Positions 1 through 11,115 of a stretch of 64,000 nucleotides of DNA are shown piece by piece. The notes beneath the pieces were generated by a model. It saw nothing but the letters and a program-made list of their open reading frames with translations. It had not been told where the DNA came from and searched no databases. The position numbers and the translations under genes were made by a program. The first letter of the stretch is position 1. Each line of letters starts with the position of its first letter. This DNA comes from Anaeromyxobacteraceae bacterium (GTDB taxonomy: Bacteria > Myxococcota > Myxococcia > Myxococcales > Anaeromyxobacteraceae), in contig JAULAX010000017.1 in NCBI GenBank assembly GCA_032654565.1, positions 256,001 through 320,000 of the forward strand, in the 5' to 3' direction.

Positions 1-334
1 GGATCTCGTCCCCCACGCCCGCACCCTGGCCGACGTGACCTTCATCGGCCACAGCCACCTCTGCAAGACCTTCGCGCTGGCCCCGGGCGGCGACGTCAAC
101 GAGGTGGTGGCCAGCCGGTTCGTGCTGCGCAAGGGGCACAAGTACGTGGTCTCGGTGGGCTCGGTGGGGCAGCCGCGCGACGGCGACAACCGGGCCTGCC
201 TGGTGATCTACGACGACGTCACCCGCGAGGTGGTGTTCCACCGGGTCGCCTACGACATCGAGACCTCGGCGCAGAAGATCTTCGACGCCGACCTGGCGCT
301 CAACTTCGGGAAGCGGCTCTTCCTCGGGGTGTGA
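1..334 (+). CDS. Metallophosphoesterase family protein, 5'-partial
   Basis: C-terminal motifs FIGHSH and VGSVGQPRDG of calcineurin-like metallophosphoesterases; frame is open from the window edge. Confidence 0.8.
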   Translation, partial: DLVPHARTLADVTFIGHSHLCKTFALAPGGDVNEVVASRFVLRKGHKYVVSVGSVGQPRDGDNRACLVIYDDVTREVVFHRVAYDIETSAQKIFDADLALNFGKRLFLGV

Positions 335-400
335 CGGCGGGTGACGGTCCGCCGCCCCTCCGGCGGCCAAATCCGTCCGAGGAATCAAGCACTTTCACCG

Positions 401-429
401 TTGACAGGGCGTCGAAGCGCGACCACAAT
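401..429 (+). promoter_or_regulatory. Sigma70-type promoter of the HARE-HTH gene
   Basis: TTGACA (401-406), 17-nt spacer, CACAAT (424-429), about 60 nt upstream of ATG 491. Confidence 0.6.
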
Positions 430-490
430 GCGCGCTCCCAGGCGGGCCGCACCATCGCTGGCCCCCGATCCTCTTTCCTCAAGGAATTCC

Positions 491-2314
491 ATGACTTTCA
501 CCGAAGCCGCCATCGAGGTGCTGCGGCGCGAGGGGAAGCCCCTTCACTTCCGCAAGATCACCGAGATCGCCGTCCGCGAGAACCTGCTCGACCACGTCGG
601 CAAGATCCCTGAAGAGGTGATGGCCGACCAGGTGGCCGCCAACTGCCGGCTCCCCAAGACCGAGCGGCTGCTGATGCCGGTGCTCCCCGCCACCTTCGCC
701 CTGGTGGAGTGGCAGCTCGACGAGGATCCCGCCGGGATGGAGAACCTGGTCGATCCGCCGCCGGCCGACGAGCTGCCCTACCGCAACCGCGAGCGCCACC
801 CCATCCCGTCCCGCGAGCTGGTGCGGGCCACCGGGCGCGGCGGCGACAAGGGGCGTCGCCGCGAGGAGGGCGAGGAGAAGCGCGGCCGTCGCTTCCCGCC
901 CCCCGCCGAGGTGGCCTACGAGCTCCTGGCCGGCTCCGGCGGGACGCTCTCGCTGGGCGACCTGGCCGCCCACGGGCTGGAGCGGCAGCTCATGCCCGAC
1001 GCCTTCGGCCGCGACCACGCCGCCCTGGCCAGCGCCCTGCAGGAGGACAACCGGCGGCGCGAGGCGGCCGGCCGCAGCCCGCTCTTCCAGATCGACGGCG
1101 AGGCGGTGACCCTGGTGTCGCAGCCGGAGCCCGGCGAGCGCCCCGTGGCGGCTCCCGGGGTCGCCCGCCAGACCTCCCCGGCCGAGCTGCGCCGCGCCGG
1201 CCTCTCCGCGCTGCGGCGCCGGCTGCGCGAGTGCGACGCCGCCACCGTCGAGCACCTGGTCTTCAAGCTCCTCGAGCGGCTCGGGTACCGCGAGCTCAAG
1301 GTGTCGCGCCGGGCCAAGGACCACGTGCTGGTCACCGGCCGCAAGCGGCTGGGGCTGGCCGACGTCCGCCACGCCTTCCGCGTCCTGCGCAGCGGCGGCG
1401 ACGCCAGCCGCCGCGACGTGGTGGAGACGCGGCGCGACCTCGGCCACTCCGGCGCCCAGATCGGCGCCGTGGTCAGCGCCGGCGAGGCGCTGCGCGAGGC
1501 CCGCGCCGACGCCACCACGGCCGGCCAGCTGCCGGTGCTGCTGCTCTGCGGGGAGGCGCTGGCCGAGGCCTTCGCCGACGCCGCGCTGGGCTGCACCCAG
1601 GTGGTGGTGCCGGCGGTGGACGAGGCCTTCTTCGCCGCCGCCGCCGAGAGCGCGGCCCGCGACGAGACCGGGCGGCGGGGCCGGCGCGACGAGCGGGAGC
1701 GAGGTGATCGCGACGAGCGGCGCGACAAGCGCGAGCCACGCGAGCCACGCGAGCCACGCGAGCCACGCGAGCCGAGGGAGCCCCGCGAGGCGCGCGAGCC
1801 TCGCGGCGATGGCGAGGAGCGGACCGGGGAAGCGGCCGCCGAGGAGCCCTCCAGCGACGGCGCGGCCGAGGGGCGCCCGTCGGCGTCCGCTGAGCGGGCG
1901 CACCGGAGCGACGCCGGGCTCGAAGCACCGGCCGCGTCGGCCCGGGCGCTGGAGCTCGACGCCGAGGGAGACGACGAGGGTGACGACGACGCCGAGGACG
2001 GCGACGACGAGGGGGCCGAGGGCGGAGAGCCGGGAGGAGCCGAGGGTGGCGCGACGGGCGCCGCGGGTGCCGACGGCCGACCGGCCAGCGAGGCCAGGCG
2101 AAAGCGCCGCCGCCGCCGCCGTCGGGGCGGTCGGGGGCGGGGCGAGCGGCGAGACGGCGCGCCGGGTGAGGCGCCAGCGGGAGGGGCGTCCGCGGCGGGC
2201 GGTGAGGTGGCCGCGGCTGGACCCGGGGGCAACGAGGGTGCGCCTGGCGCGTCCGGCTCGGGGCCCGCGGCGCCGTCCGGTGGCGGGTCGGATCCGGGTC
2301 CAGGCGGGGCGTGA
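491..2314 (+). CDS. HARE-HTH domain protein with Mrr-like restriction-endonuclease-fold domain and low-complexity C-terminus
   Basis: AAGGA RBS before ATG 491; N-terminus MTFTEAAIEVLRREGKPLHFRKITEIA is HARE-HTH-like; EHLVFKLLERLGY resembles the Mrr_cat start; acidic and poly-Arg tail. Confidence 0.7.
   Translation: MTFTEAAIEVLRREGKPLHFRKITEIAVRENLLDHVGKIPEEVMADQVAANCRLPKTERLLMPVLPATFALVEWQLDEDPAGMENLVDPPPADELPYRNRERHPIPSRELVRATGRGGDKGRRREEGEEKRGRRFPPPAEVAYELLAGSGGTLSLGDLAAHGLERQLMPDAFGRDHAALASALQEDNRRREAAGRSPLFQIDGEAVTLVSQPEPGERPVAAPGVARQTSPAELRRAGLSALRRRLRECDAATVEHLVFKLLERLGYRELKVSRRAKDHVLVTGRKRLGLADVRHAFRVLRSGGDASRRDVVETRRDLGHSGAQIGAVVSAGEALREARADATTAGQLPVLLLCGEALAEAFADAALGCTQVVVPAVDEAFFAAAAESAARDETGRRGRRDERERGDRDERRDKREPREPREPREPREPREPREAREPRGDGEERTGEAAAEEPSSDGAAEGRPSASAERAHRSDAGLEAPAASARALELDAEGDDEGDDDAEDGDDEGAEGGEPGGAEGGATGAAGADGRPASEARRKRRRRRRRGGRGRGERRDGAPGEAPAGGASAAGGEVAAAGPGGNEGAPGASGSGPAAPSGGGSDPGPGGA
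1730..1801 (+). repeat. Intragenic 9-bp tandem repeat CGCGAGCCA encoding (REP)n
   Basis: Four exact copies at 1730-1765 followed by degenerate copies; peptide REPREPREPREPREPREPREAREP. Confidence 0.9.
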
Positions 2315-2328
2315 GCCTGGGGTCGGGC

Positions 2329-3210
2329 ATGAGCGTCCTCCGGACGGGGCTGGCGCTGGCGCTGGTCGTCGCGGGGACGGGGGTGGGGTGCCGCCGGACC
2401 CCGCCGCCCAGCGTCACCGGGGTCAAGGTGGGGGCGGCGCTCGCCGACGCGCTGGTCGAGGCCGGGCTGGAGGCCACCGCGGTCGAGTCCATCACCCGGG
2501 CGGCGCTCGGCGAGGCCGGCTTCCTGCTGTCCCCCGCCTCCGAGCGGGCCTTCGAGGCCCGGGTGGAGGTGCTGGTCCTGCGCATCGCCCCGGCCGGAGG
2601 CGACCAGGGGCTGCAGGCCGAGGTGGGGGTCGAGGTGGAGCTGGTCCCGGCCCAGTCCAACGAGCCGCCGCACAAGGAGACCGGCCAGGCCACCGAGCCG
2701 GTGCGGGCCGGCAGCGCGGCCCCGGCGGTGCGCGCCGCCCTGGTCGCGGCGGTGGGCGAGGCGGTGCGCGCCCTGCGGGTCAGCGTCGCCGCCGACGTCA
2801 AGACCACCGAGACGCTGATCGCCGACCTCTCCTCCGCCGACGCCCGGGTGCGGGGCCAGGCGGTGCAGGCCCTGGGCGAGCGCGGCGCCAGGTCGGCGGT
2901 CCCGGCGCTCATCGGGAGGCTGCGCGACGGCGACCCCAAGGTGGCCCACCGGACCGTCGGGGCGCTGGCCCAGATCAAGGACCGGCGGGCGGTGCCCGCC
3001 CTCATCGACCTCTGCCGCGGGGGGGACGCCGCCCTGACCCTGCGCATGGCGCGCATCGTCGGCGACCTGGGGGGGCGCGACGCCCAGGGCTGGCTCCTGG
3101 TGCTGGAGACGGCCCACCCCGACCGGCGGGTCCGCGAGACCGCCGCCGAGGTGCTCGACGAGCTCCGCCGGGCCACGCCGGCCCCGACCTCGCCGGCACC
3201 GCGCCCGTGA
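2329..3210 (+). CDS. HEAT-repeat protein, probable lipoprotein
   Basis: Hydrophobic N-terminus ending GVGC; C-terminal HEAT/PBS-like repeats (VRGQAVQALGERG, AVPALIGRLRD); alternative GTG start at 2311. Confidence 0.7.
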   Translation: MSVLRTGLALALVVAGTGVGCRRTPPPSVTGVKVGAALADALVEAGLEATAVESITRAALGEAGFLLSPASERAFEARVEVLVLRIAPAGGDQGLQAEVGVEVELVPAQSNEPPHKETGQATEPVRAGSAAPAVRAALVAAVGEAVRALRVSVAADVKTTETLIADLSSADARVRGQAVQALGERGARSAVPALIGRLRDGDPKVAHRTVGALAQIKDRRAVPALIDLCRGGDAALTLRMARIVGDLGGRDAQGWLLVLETAHPDRRVRETAAEVLDELRRATPAPTSPAPRP

Positions 3211-3221
3211 AGGAGGCTACA

Positions 3222-3806
3222 ATGGACCGCATGACCCGACCGCTCCTGGCCCTGTCCCTGCTCGCCGCGCTGGCCGGCTGCGGCCACGCCCCCCGGGGCC
3301 CCGGGGCCGCCGCTCGCCCCGCCGACTACTACCCGCTGGCCGTCGGCTCCGAGTGGACCTGGGAGGACCAGAGCCCCCAGCTGCCGGCCGGCTCCCCAGC
3401 CCTCCGCACCGTGCGGGTGCTGGAGCGGACCAGCGACGGCTACTTCAAGGACAGCGCCCGGGGCGAGCTTCGCGTCGGCGCCTGCGTGGCCGACCGGGTC
3501 CGCTCGCTGCTCTGCGGCCCCATCGCCGTGGGCACGCGCTGGAGCTCGGTGCTGTCGCCCACCTCCGTGGAGAGCTACGAGATCGTCGCCGTCGGAGAGC
3601 GGGTGGTGACCCCGGCCGGCGCCTTCGAGGGCTGTGTCCGGGTCCGGGCCCACACCCGGGCCGCCGCCGACACCGAGCTGATCAACGAGATCAGCTACGC
3701 CCCCGGGGTGGGGCCGGTGCGCATCGAGATCATCACCATCAGGGGGGACAAGGCGGTGCCGCAGCTCCGGGCCGTCCTGCGCGCCTACCGCAAGGGGGGG
3801 CCGTGA
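3222..3806 (+). CDS. Hypothetical lipoprotein
   Basis: AGGAGG RBS; lipobox LAGC; YYPLAVGSEWTW and VVTPAGAFEGCVRV...YAPGVGPV motifs typical of a family of beta-rich secreted proteins. Confidence 0.7.
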   Translation: MDRMTRPLLALSLLAALAGCGHAPRGPGAAARPADYYPLAVGSEWTWEDQSPQLPAGSPALRTVRVLERTSDGYFKDSARGELRVGACVADRVRSLLCGPIAVGTRWSSVLSPTSVESYEIVAVGERVVTPAGAFEGCVRVRAHTRAAADTELINEISYAPGVGPVRIEIITIRGDKAVPQLRAVLRAYRKGGP

Positions 3807-5131
3807 GCCTTCGTGAAGTCGGGATCGGCATCGCCGGGTTCGGCACCGTCGGGGGCGGGGTGCTCTCGATCCTCAGCCGCCACGCCGGAGACATCGAGGC
3901 CCGCCTGGGGGCGCGGCTGGCGGTGAAGCGGGTGGCGCTTCGCGACGCCGGGAAGAGCCGGGCGCTCGAGGTGCCGGCGGCGCTGCTCACCACCCGGGTC
4001 GAGGACCTCCTGGAGGATCCCAGCATCCAGGTGGTGGTGGAGCTGATGGGCGGGGTCGACGAGGCCTTCGCGCTGGTCACCGGCGCCCTCTCGCGGGGGA
4101 AGCACGTGGTGACCGCCAACAAGGCGCTGCTGGCCACCCGGGGGCAGGAGATCTTCAAGCTGGCCCGGGCCAAGAGCGTCGACGTCTACTACGAGGCGGC
4201 CGTCTGCGGCGGCGTCCCCATCATCCGCACCCTGCGCGAGTCGCTGGCCTCGGACCGGATCAACGGCCTCATCGGCATCGTCAACGGCACCACCAACTTC
4301 ATCCTCACCGCCATGGCCGAACGCGGCGAGGCCATCGGGCCGGTGCTGGCCGAGGCCCAGCGGCTGGGGTACGCCGAGGCCGATCCCTTCCTCGACGTCT
4401 CCGGCGGCGACGCCGCGCAGAAGCTCTGCGTGCTGGCCCAGCTGGCCTTCGGGGCCCGGCTGGAGCCGGGGGACGTGCTCACCGAGGGGATCATGCAGCT
4501 CTCCCCGGACGACTTCCGCTGGGGGCGCGAGTTCGGCTACACCCTCAAGCTGCTGGCGGTGGCCCGGCGCTGCGAGCCGGGCGGCACCGGCCCGGGCGGC
4601 AAGGACCTCATCGAGGCCCGGGTCCACCCGGCCTTCATCCCCCAGGCCTCGCTGATGGCCGGGGTGCGCGGGGCCATGAACGCGGTGGTGCTCCGCTCCG
4701 AGTCGCTGGGGGCCTCGATGCTCTACGGGCAGGGGGCCGGCGCCATGCCCACCGGGAGCGCCGTGGTCTCCGACATCATCGACCTGACCCGCAACATCCT
4801 GGCCGGGAGCCCGGGCCGGGTGCCGCTGCCGCCGGAGCGCTCGCTGGTCGAGCTGCGCCCCCACAGCGAGATCCGCTGCGCCTATTACCTGCACTTCTCG
4901 GTCAAGGACGAGCCCGGGGTGCTGGCCCGCATCGCCTCGACGCTGGCGGCCCGCTCCATCTCGGTGGCCGCCGTGCAGCAGCGCGAGCAGGCCGATCCGG
5001 CGGCGCCGGTGCCGCTGGTCTTCGTCACCCACCAGGCCCGGGAGGCCGACCTCAAGGCGGCCACCGCCGAGATCGACGGCCACCCGGCCACGCTCAACCC
5101 CACCCGCTTCATCCGCATCGAGTCGGTGTAG
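3803..5131 (+). CDS. hom: Homoserine dehydrogenase with C-terminal ACT domain
   Basis: GFGTVGGG, HVVTANK, YEAAVCGGVP, GIVNGTTNFIL, GYAEADP; ACT motif DEPGVLARI; GTG start overlaps the upstream stop. Confidence 0.95.
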   Translation: MSLREVGIGIAGFGTVGGGVLSILSRHAGDIEARLGARLAVKRVALRDAGKSRALEVPAALLTTRVEDLLEDPSIQVVVELMGGVDEAFALVTGALSRGKHVVTANKALLATRGQEIFKLARAKSVDVYYEAAVCGGVPIIRTLRESLASDRINGLIGIVNGTTNFILTAMAERGEAIGPVLAEAQRLGYAEADPFLDVSGGDAAQKLCVLAQLAFGARLEPGDVLTEGIMQLSPDDFRWGREFGYTLKLLAVARRCEPGGTGPGGKDLIEARVHPAFIPQASLMAGVRGAMNAVVLRSESLGASMLYGQGAGAMPTGSAVVSDIIDLTRNILAGSPGRVPLPPERSLVELRPHSEIRCAYYLHFSVKDEPGVLARIASTLAARSISVAAVQQREQADPAAPVPLVFVTHQAREADLKAATAEIDGHPATLNPTRFIRIESV

Positions 5132-5141
5132 GGAGGCCGGC

Positions 5142-5552
5142 GTGGTCGCCACCGAGCTGCGGGTCATCTACGGCGACACCGACCAGATGGGCGTCGTCTA
5201 CTACGCCAACTACCTGCGCTACTTCGAGGCGGGTCGGAACGAGTTCATCCGGGCCAAGGGGCTGCGCTACCGCGACTTCGAGGAGCGCTACTCGCTGCGC
5301 CTGCCGGTCACCGAGGCCGGCGTCCGCTACCAGCAGCCGGCCCGCTACGACGACCTGCTCCGGCTGGAGACCTCCCTCGAGGAGGTCCGCCGGGCCTCGG
5401 CCAGCTTCGGCTACCGGCTGGTCCGCGACGGGGTGCTGCTGGCCACCGGGCGCACCGTCCACGCCTGCGTCGACCTGGCCGGCAAGGTGCGGCGACTGCC
5501 GGAGGAGCTGGTGAGCCGGCTCTCGGCGGGCGAGGCGACGGCGCAGGACTGA
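5142..5552 (+). CDS. Acyl-CoA thioesterase (YbgC/4HBT hotdog family)
   Basis: YGDTDQMGVVYYANYLRYFEAGR signature. Confidence 0.9.
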   Translation: MVATELRVIYGDTDQMGVVYYANYLRYFEAGRNEFIRAKGLRYRDFEERYSLRLPVTEAGVRYQQPARYDDLLRLETSLEEVRRASASFGYRLVRDGVLLATGRTVHACVDLAGKVRRLPEELVSRLSAGEATAQD

Positions 5553-5602
5553 GCGGTCACCGCGGCCCCTCGGGGCGCCGCGGCCCGCAGGGAGAGGACA
5601 CC

Positions 5603-6043
5603 ATGGCCGAGGTCTCCAAGGAGCTGCTCATCGCCTGCACGCCGGAGCGGCTCTTCGACGTGCTGATCGACTACGCCCGGTACCCGGAGTTCGTGCCCGG
5701 CATCAAGGCCTGCCGGGTGCTGCCGGGGAAGGGCGACCGCCAGGTGGAGTACCAGCTCGACCTGGGGCTGAAGCGGATCACCTACGTGCTCCGACACGTG
5801 GAGCAGCGGCCCACCCGGGTGTCCTGGTCGCTGGTGAGCGGGGACGCCCTCAAGGTCTCCAACGGCTCCTGGGAGCTGACCCCGGAGGGGACCGGGACCC
5901 GGGCCCGCTACTCGGTGGAGATCCAGGTGGCCAAGCCGCTCCTCATCCCCCAGTCGGTCATCGACACGCTCACCGACGAGATGACCCGGGTCCAGTTGCC
6001 GAAGACCCTGGACGCCTTCAAGGCGCGCGCCGAGCGCCCCTGA
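5603..6043 (+). CDS. SRPBCC / polyketide cyclase (RatA/Coq10-like) protein
   Basis: LFDVLIDYARYPEFVPGIKACRV and NGSWEL motifs; AGAGGA RBS. Confidence 0.8.
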   Translation: MAEVSKELLIACTPERLFDVLIDYARYPEFVPGIKACRVLPGKGDRQVEYQLDLGLKRITYVLRHVEQRPTRVSWSLVSGDALKVSNGSWELTPEGTGTRARYSVEIQVAKPLLIPQSVIDTLTDEMTRVQLPKTLDAFKARAERP

Positions 6044-6270
6044 TCGGCCGGCGAACAGCTCGCTCGGAGTCCTGCCGGGGCGTGTCGCTTGCGTTATGAT
6101 GGAGGGGCCAGGTCCGCTCCCCCCGGCGCAACCGCGCCAGACCACGGGGGAAGTTGGCGGGGCCGGGGCCGCCCGGGCCGGAGTGAAGAAACCCGGAGGG
6201 GTCCTGCGTCTGGACAAGCGGAACGGCGGTTGCATCCTGAGCGGGAGTGAGAGGATCGCGGAGCGAGCAG

Positions 6271-6438
6271 ATGCTGGACGCCTACGTCATCGAGGAGATC
6301 AAGCGGCGCGAGCAGCGGCGCGAGCGCGACCAGCGCCCGGTGGCCGAGCTGCCGGTGCCGCCGCCTCCCGAGCCGCGCCCGCCGGAGGGCGGGCCGGAGC
6401 GCCCCAGCCGCGGCGTGGTCATCATCGACCTCGACTGA
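6271..6438 (+). CDS. Small hypothetical protein (55 aa)
   Basis: MLDAYVIEEIKRRE...RGVVIIDLD; genome-typical GC3 codon usage; fills the gap before eno. Confidence 0.65.
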   Translation: MLDAYVIEEIKRREQRRERDQRPVAELPVPPPPEPRPPEGGPERPSRGVVIIDLD

Positions 6439-6485
6439 TCGGCCGGGCCTGCGGGTCACCGCGCCGCGCCGACGAATCAGGTTGA

Positions 6486-7859
<1,374 letters not shown>

Positions 7860-7919
7860 CGGCAGGGGCCGGGGCGGGAACCGCCCGTCCGGCAAAGCGA
7901 AAGTTCTCGCGGGCGCTCG

Positions 7920-9353
<1,434 letters not shown>

Positions 9354-9362
9354 GGTGACGCC

Positions 9363-10289
9363 ATGGGGGAGCGGGTCACGGTCTACGAGGTCGGTCCCCG
9401 CGACGGCCTGCAGAACGAGGCGGCGCTGGTCCCCACCCCCGGGAAGCTGGCGCTGATCACGGCGCTGGCCGAGGCCGGGATCAGCCGCATCGAGGCCACC
9501 AGCTTCGTCTCGCCCGCCTGGATCCCGCAGCTGGCCGACGCCGCCGAGGTGACGGCGGCGCTGCCGAGGCTCCCCGGGGTCAGCTACGTGGTGCTGGTCC
9601 CCAACGCCAAGGGGCTGGCCCGGCTCCGCGAGGCGCTGGCCCGGGCGCCCGGCGGGCCGCCGGTGGCGGCGGCGGTCTTCCTCTCCGCCTCCGAGGCGCA
9701 CAACCAGAAGAACGTCAACAAGTCGGTCGAGGAGACCTTCGCCGCCTTCGCCGAGGTCATCCCCCCGGCCCGCGCCGCCGGGCTCGAGGTGCGCGGCTAC
9801 GTGTCGACGGTCTTCGGCTGCCCGTACCAGGGCGCGGTCGATCCGGGACGGGCCGCCGAGGTGGCGCTGCGGCTGCTGGAGCTCGGCTGCGGGCAGGTCT
9901 CGCTGGGCGACACCATCGGCGTCGGCACCCCGGCCCAGGTGCGGGCGGTGCTGCGGCGCCTGCTCCCGGCGGTGCCGGCCGGGCGGCTGGCCCTCCACCT
10001 CCACGACACCCGGGGGACGGCGCTGGCCAACGCCCTGGCCGGGCTGGAGGAGGGGATCACCACCTTCGACGCCTCGGTGGGGGGGCTGGGCGGCTGCCCC
10101 TACGCCCCCGGCGCCTCGGGGAACCTGGCCACCGAAGATCTGGTGTACCTGCTCCACGGCATGGGATACGACACGGGAATCGATTTTGACAGGCTGGTGG
10201 AGGCCGGCGCCCTGGCGCAACGGCTCACCGGCCGCATCCTGCCGGGGAGGGCGCTCCGGGCGGCGCTGGCGACGCGAACGGAGGGGTGA
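9363..10289 (+). CDS. Hydroxymethylglutaryl-CoA lyase (LiuE/HmgL-like)
   Basis: EVGPRDGLQNE, SLGDTIG, HLHDTRG, GGLGGCPYAPGASGNLATED. Confidence 0.95.
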   Translation: MGERVTVYEVGPRDGLQNEAALVPTPGKLALITALAEAGISRIEATSFVSPAWIPQLADAAEVTAALPRLPGVSYVVLVPNAKGLARLREALARAPGGPPVAAAVFLSASEAHNQKNVNKSVEETFAAFAEVIPPARAAGLEVRGYVSTVFGCPYQGAVDPGRAAEVALRLLELGCGQVSLGDTIGVGTPAQVRAVLRRLLPAVPAGRLALHLHDTRGTALANALAGLEEGITTFDASVGGLGGCPYAPGASGNLATEDLVYLLHGMGYDTGIDFDRLVEAGALAQRLTGRILPGRALRAALATRTEG

Positions 10290-10290
10290 C

Positions 10291-11064
10291 ATGGAGTGGA
10301 ACGTCGAGCGGTTCGGCGCCATCGAGCGGTGGACCATCCTCGGCGAGCCCCGGCGCAACTCCCTGACCGTGGCCCTGCTCCACGAGCTCACCGAGCACCA
10401 GGCCCGGGCCGCCGCCGACCGGGCGCTGCGGGTGGTGATCGTGACCGGGGCCGGGGAGAAGGCCTTCTGCGCCGGCGCCGATCTCAAGGAGCGGGCCCGG
10501 ATGGACGAGGGGACGGTGGCCGGCTTCCACAAGGCCATCCGCGCCGCCTTCGACGGCTTCGAGGCGCTGCCGCAGCCGGTCATCGCCGCCGTCAATGGGG
10601 TGGCGCTGGGCGGCGGGCTGGAGCTGGCCCTGGCCTGCGACCTGCGGATCGCCGCCGAGGGGGCCGAGGTGGCGCTGCCCGAGGTCGGCCTCGGCATCAT
10701 CCCCGGGGCCGGCGGCACGCAGCGGCTGCCGCGGGTGATCGGGGTGGCCCGGGCCAAGGAGCTGATCCTCACCGCCCGCCGGGTCAGCGCGCACGAGGCG
10801 CTGGCCATGGGGCTGGTCGGGCAGGTGGTGCCGGCCGCCGACCTCGCCGCGGCGGCGCTGGCCCTGGCCGAGCGGGTGTCGCGCAACGCGCCCATCTCCC
10901 TGCGCCAGGCCAAGCGGGCCATCGACCGGGGGCTGTCGCTGCCCCTCCACGAGGCCCTCGATCTCGAGAACCGGCTCTACCAGGCCTGCATCCCCACCGC
11001 GGACCGGCGGGAGGCGCTGCAGGCCTTCGCCGAGAAGCGCGCCCCGGTCTTCAAGGGCGAGTGA
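10291..11064 (+). CDS. Enoyl-CoA hydratase, probably methylglutaconyl-CoA hydratase (LiuC-like)
   Basis: AFCAGADLKER, ALGGGLELALACD, GIIPGAGGTQRL; leucine-catabolism context. Confidence 0.88.
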   Translation: MEWNVERFGAIERWTILGEPRRNSLTVALLHELTEHQARAAADRALRVVIVTGAGEKAFCAGADLKERARMDEGTVAGFHKAIRAAFDGFEALPQPVIAAVNGVALGGGLELALACDLRIAAEGAEVALPEVGLGIIPGAGGTQRLPRVIGVARAKELILTARRVSAHEALAMGLVGQVVPAADLAAAALALAERVSRNAPISLRQAKRAIDRGLSLPLHEALDLENRLYQACIPTADRREALQAFAEKRAPVFKGE

Positions 11065-11115
11065 CGCGTCGACGCCCCGGTGCCCCCGGGCCGCGGCGAC
11101 TTCAAGGAGCCACCG

